Shown here: positions 55,201 to 64,000 of the stretch, in pieces
Position numbering within the stretch: position 1 is the first letter of the stretch
Layout: every line of letters begins with the position of its first letter
Source: Podarcis melisellensis
Lineage: Eukaryota
Direction: 5' to 3' (one strand)
Assembly (NCBI GenBank): GCA_964234715.1
Contig: OZ174278.1
Length of the DNA: 64,000 bases
The notes under the pieces: generated by a model
Database searches by the model: none
The model's input: only the letters and a program-made list of their open reading frames with translations
Told to the model about the DNA's origin: nothing
Made by a program: the position numbers and the translations under genes

Positions 55201-56214
55201 GCCCAAGAGAAATGGCAAGAAGAGAAGCATAAGGTTGAGGTGTTTTTCCAGAAACAATGCATAGTCAATTCATTGTGCTTGAATACACTGCAGTGGAGTA
55301 GTTGTCAATTTAGAGCCTGGAAGTACACATAAGACTATGAACTGGCAGTCATCCATTACCTTTAGTATTATTCTGTTCCCCTTTTCATCACACAGACTTT
55401 AAATATTGAATATTAAAATGTATCTAATGATAAAGTTAATTAATATATCAAGTGTTTTTTAGTTTGTACCCTTTGTTATTTAGCTTGTACCTCCTTGGTA
55501 TTAACCCTTGGAATATGTAGTGAAATCACCTTTTAGTCTCTATTGGATTGGTCAATAATAAAGATGTAGGCCATCAGAGCAGGATTCTGACTAGATACTG
55601 CCCTAGATCTACTTTTCTGGTGCAGCAGGAGAGGATGGCAAGATTCAGGGACATTTAAACATTTCAATTACAATACATTTTTAAAATTTGCAGAATATGA
55701 ACATGTATCTTCTCAAAATCAAGCACTGCCAGGATTTGATTCTTTTTGTTTCATGATGTATCAATAAAAAAATTGGTGTGTCGCAAGCAAATTTTTATTC
55801 TGAAAGTATGGGGTGGAGAAGAAAAACGGAGAAACACTGCTGTATTCTAATAGTAAATGCATTATCTGAGTGTAAATTCTTATGTAGCTAAGATGGCACC
55901 ACTCACATGGTTTACAGACATGTGTGTGTGTGCGCGCGCGCATCAATATTACATAGTATCATAAAGCCACTGTAGACCCTTTCTTAGCAAGCATGGAAGA
56001 GCAAGTGAGTTTGAAAAATCTTTTTTTTTAACAATCTACTTTCGCTTTGCACTTTGTGTTTCTCTTTATTCTAAGAGCAACCCCCCCACACACATTTCAG
56101 TGATAATTCATGTTTCTGTTAACCACGTTCAACAAATTTCTTACATTCCTTTTTATGGAATTTGATTTTAACTTCAGGATTTTAACTTCAAGAATTATCC
56201 TGATGTAGGATTCT

Positions 56215-56525
56215 TAAAGGTAAAGGTAAAGGTACCCCTGACCGTTAGGTCCAGTCATGGAGGAAGCCGGCGTTTGTCCGCAGACAGCTTCCAGGTCATG
56301 AGGCCGGCATGGCTAAGCCGCTTCTGGTGAACCAGAGCAGCACATGGAAACGCCTTTTACCTTCCCGCAGGAGCAGTACCCATTTATCTACTTGCACTTT
56401 GACGTGCGTTTGAACGGCTAGGTGGGCAGGAGCTGGGACCAAACAACAGGAGCTCACCCCGTCCTGGGGATTTGAACCGTGACCTTATGATCAGCAAGCC
56501 CGAGGCTCAGTGGTTTAGACCACAT
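56215..56525 (-). mobile_element. Sauria SINE, near full length with internal deletion
   Basis: Tail (AAAGGT)n at the left; body homologous to the 33351 copy; tRNA-like head with B box (reverse GGTTCAAATCCCC) at the right. Confidence 0.9.
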
Positions 56526-56916
56526 CAGTGTTAACTCCCACTGCTGTCAGAAAAAGCTGTTTGTAATTAGATATTTACTGAAGTCATCAAATTGAAACTT
56601 AGTTTAAATTTAGGTAGCCTCCTGGAGGCCTGCTAATGAAAGCCAGTTGGAATCAGTCAGGTTGAAGGACTTAAATTAGTTGCTTTGGGAATGCAGAAAA
56701 TGCCTTTCCAATTATTATTTTTTATTCTTGTCATTTATTAGATTTCTTACGCAACCTTCACCATGAGGGAAAATTATAATTTTAAAATATTAAAACAAAA
56801 TGTACTACAATCAAGATAATAGGGTGGGTCCTAACATATATGTGTCAAGAGTCAGACTAGGACAGACATTTAAATTATCCTCTTAAAACTTTTGACTTCA
56901 TCTATCTCTTTCTTTC

Positions 56917-56968
56917 ACGTGTGTGTGTGTGTGCGCGCGCGCACGTGCACACACACACACACACACAT
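56917..56968. repeat. (TG)n(CG)n(CA)n self-complementary tract
   Basis: cacgtgtgtgtgtgtgtgcgcgcgcgcacgtgcacacacacacacacaca. Confidence 0.93.
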
Positions 56969-57309
56969 CCCTATGTGTTAACAATCCATATGAGTTGACA
57001 TGTCACTGTGCACATTAAGTATTGTATGACTATTGTGTACTACATAAAGCATATTAAGGAGAGCAGGCAAGTTGTACACAACTCAGCTCTATTACTACAT
57101 ATCAGTAGGCACCTGAGGTGGAAGTTTCACTTAAGTAATACATTACTGATAATTATCAGATGATATATCATTGCAATCAACAGACTTCACACCCAACTGT
57201 TGTTTAAGTAAATCCACATGTCCCACATGTGATCATCTACAAATATTTCAAATACTATTGATAACATGATTAGATACAGCATAGCATTACTCAAAAGTAA
57301 TACTGGAAA

Positions 57310-57555
57310 CAGGGCTCCTGAGGCAAAGAACAAGATGGCAGCCCATCTCATTCCACAAGCAAAAGCCAACCATCCTTGCAGTTGAATCTTATTTCAACAC
57401 TGGTCACGGGACATAATCCTCTGCTACACCTGGAGAACAACAGACTAATTAGAGGGCACACAAGCCTTCCCTCCAACACATCACTGTTTCTCAACAATCT
57501 GGCACCTAGGACAGTGACCTCACTCTTCCTAAAGCTAGGACCAGCCCTGACTGGA
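57310..57555. mobile_element. Old interspersed repeat; related copy at about 2220-2335
   Basis: Both loci share ctgagg..aagaacaagat...cccc/attccaca...aagc...ggcagtt; probably a DNA-transposon derivative. Confidence 0.4.
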
Positions 57556-58006
57556 GAAATGCTCTGAATATTACAAGCAACATATTTACAAACAGAAACA
57601 GGGACACTCTCAAGGTCTTCTGAGAGATAAAAATAAATGAACCAGACAATAGTTACTTGCCTCATGTTTGCTGCCACAAAAGCAAAGCACACACTTGATT
57701 CTTCTTTTACAGAAAAGAAATGTTAACAATGTTCAGTGAAGAGATTTCCCATGCCATCAATTACATGAATGAATATTATGAATGTGCAAAGGAAAATTGA
57801 GTGAAATGAGAAACAATACATTAAGTGAACTCTTTCCAAACTGGCATCGTTAACAAATCCATTTCATTGAAAATAAGACAGAATAGGCAAACACATCTCA
57901 CAGTGTAAGCCAGTAAGTAGTTTACCTTCTCGTGAACTCTGTTTGCATTGGAGGATAATTTTGTTACTTCCTGGAGCCAAAAATGACTTGCACTTTAAAT
58001 GTTTGC

Positions 58007-58009
<3 letters not shown>

Positions 58010-58077
<68 letters not shown>
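58010..58077 (+). repeat. (AG)n microsatellite
   Basis: Directly visible; source of the ERERER ORF. Confidence 0.98.
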
Positions 58078-58083
<6 letters not shown>

Positions 58084-60498
58084 TGCTAACTGCATATTAA
58101 GAGGCATAACAACCAAAGAACAAGCAAGGACATATTTGAACTACACAATTACACAATGGGAATACATTTGGTTTAGTATAAACATATCATTCACTTCTTA
58201 AAAATATATTCCTGGAGATGGTATTATTTAACATTGTTCTTTTCTTTAAAGCATCACTCTTGACACATTTAACTCTTTATAGAAGAAAGCAACATGTCTG
58301 TTCAATACATGCACGCACACACACACACACACACTAGAAATTTTTAAAATTGGCTGTACTTCTTCCAGATTTTATATATAGAGCGTGTCTTGAACACAAA
58401 CTATGATTAAAACTCTGTCATGTTAATCAGGGTAGAGAAGGTCTCTCTCCTAATGGTGATCCCCTCTAACGTCCCCTTCAAGCTAGGTATATTACGCTAC
58501 TTCATAGGATGAAACCTTCACATGATGAGAGACAAAGGCAGAAACAGAGGGTGGAGGGTATTCCCAAATGGTATCAATTGGTGCCTGGTGGAGAGGGTGT
58601 TTATTGATTCTGATTGATTCATTAACTGATCCAACAGAGGGTTGGCAGTGGTTACTTTTGCCCACCAGGGTATAGTTACAAGCACTTTCATTTCAATCAT
58701 TAAAAGCACTTTGAGAATGCCATCTCTTTCACCAATAAGCTAATCCACCTGGGGGCAAAAATCCAGGACTTGTTCCTTTCATTGGCTCATAACATTGATC
58801 TTATTGGTGCAGCATCCGTCCCACTGCTTAACAACCTCTGTGCCTGATTATAGCTGGTGATTGTGCTGAGGGAATTTGGACATGCATGCTAAAGCCACAT
58901 CAGACTTCACAGCCACCATGGCCACCATGGAATACATCACTGGTTCAATACCCAGCTCTCTGACCCTGAAACCAGACCTACTCTTACCTAGAGTGGCTCT
59001 CCTGTGTTGTTAGCCCCTGGACTTTTACCTTTAGACACTGTCCCTGGTTCGTGTTTTAGACCCATACTGATTAACTGTGCTTGTCTCCAGTTTATCTTTG
59101 ACTTTGACTCTGCATTCTTGACTTATCCAGCCACTGTTTGGTAAGTCTTGAGGCCTTAGCCTCCTTGGATGCTACAGACTTGGGACCTATCCACAGACTA
59201 CACCTGCTTCAGTAAGATAAAAAAAACCTGACCTATTACAATAAATTGAGAGGGTGATAGATTTTGATTCAGGATGAAATATGATCCTAGAGTGCTGAGA
59301 GGAGACTAAGATAGGCTGGAGCTGTGAGGGAATAAGAAGACACCTACTGTTAAGTACAATATAGTGAGATCTATAGTTTGTGTGCATTTATGCACCTGCA
59401 TTTAACCACTCTGCAAGTTATGAGTTTGTCTAGTTATTCAAATGCCAGTGTGTTTCTCTCATCTGCATACCCGTAAAAGTGTAAACAGCACATCAGCTGT
59501 TAGTATGCTTAATTGGAAATATTAGTTTTGTGGCTGTCTTCACAAAACCTCTTAAAACAAAATATGTGCAACCAAATGTTTCTTCCAATTTTATGTGAAA
59601 CTTTAATCCATCCACAATTTTGAATGCATGATTTTGCTAAACTATGTTTAGCAGGCATTAATTGCTGACTTACCTTATGTCTTCCTAGCTTGGGGGAAAC
59701 CAATCTATGTTATACTTCTTCTTCCATGTGCAAGCTTTAGTATGTTGTCAAAATTAATATAGTCCTCTAAAGTTTATTTGAAACACTAAAATATAATTTA
59801 TCCAAGGATTACATCTGCTATGTTTTTAAAGTTCCCATATGGTGGGAAGGTACAAGATTCCAAACCCAATTCCCTAAAAAAAATATCCAGACAGATTTTT
59901 AGACTGTTTTCAAAGTACAGTAGTTTGAAAATGTTGAATCCTTATTTTCCTCTCGGTTATCATTTCTTAGATTATTTCAAAAATATAAGTTTCAGATAAG
60001 CTATGCAACTATTCTTCAACATAGATTTAGACAAGAGAAGCATAGAAATGTTAGAAATCTAGCAAATGTATTGAGAAGTAGAAAATAGGAGCAGATTATA
60101 ACTTAAAGTCATTATTGAACCATGCTCCAGAAAAGCATGTGGAGTTATTTCCTTTTGCTTCCAAGTTTCAGTTACAGGATTCTGGTTTCTGAAACACTTT
60201 ATTCCAATATATTCAAATTAAAATCTTTTCCCCCCAGTAAAGAAGCCTTTACTAATCATATTAATCATGAATAAATTTGCATTCCAAATTTAAGAATTGT
60301 TCCACAAAGGAGTAAACATATTTGCTTTGAAACATATTATACCTTTCTTCCCCATATCTCATAAAGAGAGTCAAGTCAATTTCATTTTATCTTCATCCTA
60401 TTTTGTAAATAAAATGAATCTAATTACAAGCAATAAATCACACTTTTTAAATGCTCATTATAGTGAATTTCCGTACAATATATAGTTTAACATAGTCC

Positions 60499-62325
60499 TT
60501 GTGGGCTCAGTACAACCCTACAGTATGTTATTTAATTGGGAAAATGGAACATGACCTCTTTTTGAATGGCTGTTAATCTTACTCCTTGACTGGTGGGATA
60601 GCAATAGCAGTGTTTCTCAAACTTGGGTCCGCAGCTGTTGTTGGACTACAACTCCTATCATCCCTGACCACTGGTCCTGCTAGTTAGGGATGATGGGAGC
60701 TATAGTCCAACAACAGCTGCGGACCCAAGTTTGAGAAACACTGTAATCTTGAGGGTCATTAAAGACTCTGTTTCTTCAAGTGCTTGAAATCTTTATTATC
60801 TCTGTATTATTGACATTTATGCAAAAGAGAGAAAGAAATGATAAACCTTTTTTTGAACAAAGAGAATATACAGAACAATTTAATATCCAACAATTTTATT
60901 ATATGCTTGCATGCTTCAACCAACACATAAAGATAGAAAATCTGAAAATAAATCTTCCTCTAATAGTGCTTTGCTTAGATTACTAATAGTATTTGAAAAC
61001 ATTTTCTCTGAGACAGTCAGAGATAAAGCCAGATATGTTGACCTATAGTACAAAGGATAGAAAAGTGAACAGATATAGGAATGACAAGTGAAAAAGCTGA
61101 ACAGGTTATATTAATAAGGAAAGGAATAAGAAGGGATGCAGTTTAAAATCTAAATGATTAAAATGTGTTTCCGTGCTTCACAGCACAGTATCAAAAAGTG
61201 ATTGCATCTTGGAACTGTTTCCCATTCACAAGCCATATCTAAGCTGACCATACCTAGCAAAGATTGATGAGCCTCTACAATTAAAAAGAGACTGGTAATT
61301 TTATTTTTCAATGCTCTCTGAAAAGGTTGATGGTGAAAGGTCAGTTTAGTCTTTGTCAATCTGTTGCTTTTAATCTTTTGAAAGTGTTTTTCTAGCCAAA
61401 CCAATAAGTTTAAGATGTACTATCAGATAACATTTAATTCATTAGAGAAAGCTAGATTAAAAGGTAGAATTTCTTAGAAATAAAATGTGTAGAGTTCAAA
61501 ATAGTAATTATGACAAATACAATGTAAACACATTCCCTATTGAATTGTCTATAAGCATGTCCTGGTCCCAAAAAGGTGCCCATGGGACAAGGCAATAAAG
61601 CAATTTGGCTATTGTGTCATAAATAAGAGGTAAACTGAGGCCCCTTGAGCCTCTGCCTTCATGCCGAATTCTTGCATTGCCCCTTTTTTGAAGAACTGCA
61701 CTTTCTTAAAAGGTGGAGAGAGAACTGCTTCCCCTTCACTCCATGCCATGCCTAGCAGGGTGTGCTCTCTGCACCTTTGGATTGGTCAGGTCATGTATGA
61801 AGTGCTAGGTTCCTCAGATCCAAGGTGAAGGCATCTAAGAAGGTCCCATCTCTGGTTTCACAGGCTATGCTGCTGGGGGCGGGGGAGGTCAGGGTTCAGC
61901 AGGTTCATGGCTACATTCAGTGGATATCTGATCAGCAACATCACACTAATAGTCAGAAGCCTGGTCCAGCTCATCATCTTCTGCCATTATAGCCTCTGAC
62001 CCAGTGTTCTGGGTGTGCCTGACCTCTGGAATTATGACAAAGCTCTGGATAAAAAACTTCCTATGCTTGCAGGGTACATAGGCAAGGTACCTCTTTCGCT
62101 ATAGGAAACGTAGATATCAGTATCATTCCTTGCAACATAACTGTAACTCAAAACAACACATTGAGCCTCATTTACTATCTAGTTGGAAGTTACAGGGAGA
62201 AGAGAAGGGAAGCCATTCCAGCATTCTGCCAATCAAGGAGGAAGCCTGACAGGCATTCAAAAAGAGGTCATGTTCCATTTCCCCAATTAAGTAACATACC
62301 GTAGGGTTGTACTGACATCCCACAA
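60499..62325. repeat. ~95-bp inverted repeat pair (60499-60593 and 62229-62325)
   Basis: TCAGTACAACCCTACAGTATGTTATTTAATTGGGAAAATGGAACATGACCTCTTTTTGAATG is near-identical to the reverse complement of the second arm. Confidence 0.9.
60608..60743. mobile_element. Hairpin hAT MITE, family B (TIR type CAGTGTTTCTCAAAC)
   Basis: About 40-bp perfect inverted arms CAGTGTTTCTCAAACTTGGGTCCGCAGCTGTTGTTGGACTA; family B core in reversed orientation; no TSD visible. Confidence 0.9.
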
Positions 62326-63280
62326 ATTTACAACCAATGTACTGTCACACAACTTATCAACTTATCATGGCTACGTGTGCTCACTTTTGACCTTTCTTTG
62401 CTCTGTTCATAGCCAGTTACCATGCAGCCTGAGCAAATCTAAAGCTGCAACAAGGTAGAATCTACCTTAAAATGCAAAACTGTAGTTTACATCTCATGCA
62501 GAACTATATCTAGATGTTTCAGTGCCTTCTCCATAATGCAACTGCCATATCATCTGAATGGTTAACCTGAGCAGTTTGTGCCTAATGCAGATGGGCTTGC
62601 AGAGCAAAACAGGGAAGTATAAAGCAGATATCTGGACACATCCAGCTGCAGAAGTGAGGATTCTGTGGAGCTTAGCTGAACATACCTCGATAGTCAGGTT
62701 TTCATATATTTTTCTGTTGGGAATTTGCACAGTCCTAAAGAGTTATGATGCTCCAATCTAGAGACAGATTGCTCTATGAGAAACAGTCTGTTGTTTACAG
62801 ACAAAAAGTGGAAAGAATCTTATAAGACAAAAGTCCTTGGTAATCATAATTTCATCTCAAAGTAATATTTGAGAAGATTAGAGCTTTATATTTAATCAAT
62901 AAAACAACAATGACAAAAATATATAGCTATGTAGAAAACAATAGCTTATAATGTCAGTGTTTAAGGAAAAAATGCCTATAATAAAATATAGATTTCAAAC
63001 TTCAAAATATATATATTTAAATATATATATAGCAAAAAACAAATCAATGTCAATTGAGGGTTCAATTATTTTATCATGCTATTCTGCTTCCAAATATAGT
63101 GGGAAAGTTTGGAGAACCACATTCTGGCTGAATAAGACAAGATATGAACAAGCTTTCCCTCATAAATGGAGCCTCTTCACACAAGCCGGAAAATGAAACA
63201 ATGTCCTTCCTGAGTTATAGTTTCCTGAACAAACTGAGATACTGAAGCTATTAACCATAGTTCCTTGTTAGAAAACTATA

Positions 63281-63539
63281 GCTAATGGAGCGAGGTGGGT
63301 GTGGTGGGTGCGGTCTACCCTGGGTGCCATCCCTGAGAGGGGGTGACATCGCCGCCAAACACCCCCCCCGGAGGCTCGCAGAAGCTGGCGCACACATGCC
63401 GGGATGTGTGCAGTGACTGGCGTACACCCCCAGGAGGTATGTGGCAGGCCCCTGGACGCTAGCCCCATCCCCGCAGATGGCTAGCCCTGCCCCTGGGTGC
63501 ATGCCACTCCGGGTGCCGGAGCACCTAGCTCCGCCTCTG
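63281..63539. mobile_element. GC-rich hAT-type MITE related to 49797-49972
   Basis: Reverse end CAGAGGCGGAGCTAGGTGCTCCGGCACCC resembles CAGTGGCAGAGCTTCATGCTCCGGCACC; left end degenerate. Confidence 0.65.
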
Positions 63540-64000
63540 GGTTTGCTGGCTGACTCATGTGATTGAAGGAGCAAAGGGGCTGCATACATGGGCAAAATAC
63601 TTGCTCATATCTTGAGCTCTTAAGCTTAGGTATGTCATACCCTGAGAACCCCTATTTTGAAACTCCCATCTTCTTGGGACTCCCTTCTCACCGAGTATTT
63701 CTGACCGCGGGATCACACCCAGCTTTTTGAAAATAGCCTTAATTCTAGAGTGTGTATCTGACTACATTCAGTTTTCTCTTGTATCCCGAAACCCAGGAGA
63801 ACATTATACTTCCTCCCAAGTTTCTGAGCACTTCCGCCGCATATCCATTTTGCATATGCAAGTTTTAATAAACATAAATTGAGATATACCTATTGTATAC
63901 TGATACTAAAAAAACACATAGTAGGTCCCAAAAGAGTATACATATGATTCCATAGGGATTGCAATTGAAAAGTTTCCTATGATTCAGGTAACATAGCTAT

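Noticed and set aside
33351-56525. Inverted Sauria SINE pair as a dsRNA partner
   Set aside because: More than 22 kb apart with no exon between; expected by chance at this repeat density.
57983-58201. ERERER-rich ORF
   Set aside because: Translation of the (AG)n microsatellite.

Overview
AT-rich vertebrate genomic DNA. The repeat content (Sauria SINE, other tRNA-derived SINEs, CR1/L2 LINEs, hAT and Tc1/pogo MITEs) points to a squamate reptile, most likely a lacertid lizard. The only supportable host coding sequence is one 158-bp internal exon of the axon-guidance receptor ROBO1 on the minus strand (5327-5484, first half of Ig domain 2). I found no other ROBO1 exon, so the rest of the window appears to be intron: about 5.3 kb downstream and at least 58.5 kb upstream. 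The intron is dense in transposon relics: four copies of one TA-flanked Tc1/pogo MITE, a 594-bp MITE with 119-bp tandem hairpin units, several hAT MITEs with 8-bp target-site duplications (TSDs; one is OposCharlie1-like), SINEs, CR1/L2/L1-type fragments, a decayed DIRS retrotransposon with recognisable RNase H, methyltransferase-like and tyrosine-recombinase motifs, a probable solo LTR, microsatellites and a 157-N gap. I see no convincing new multi-gene system. The best leads are an in-frame signal-peptide-like extension upstream of the ROBO1 exon, inverted CR1 copies bracketing that exon, MITEs sharing one hairpin core but with different termini, the DIRS relic, and an unexplained ~95-bp inverted repeat near 60.5/62.3 kb. 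Family names are assigned from memory of consensus sequences, not from a database search.
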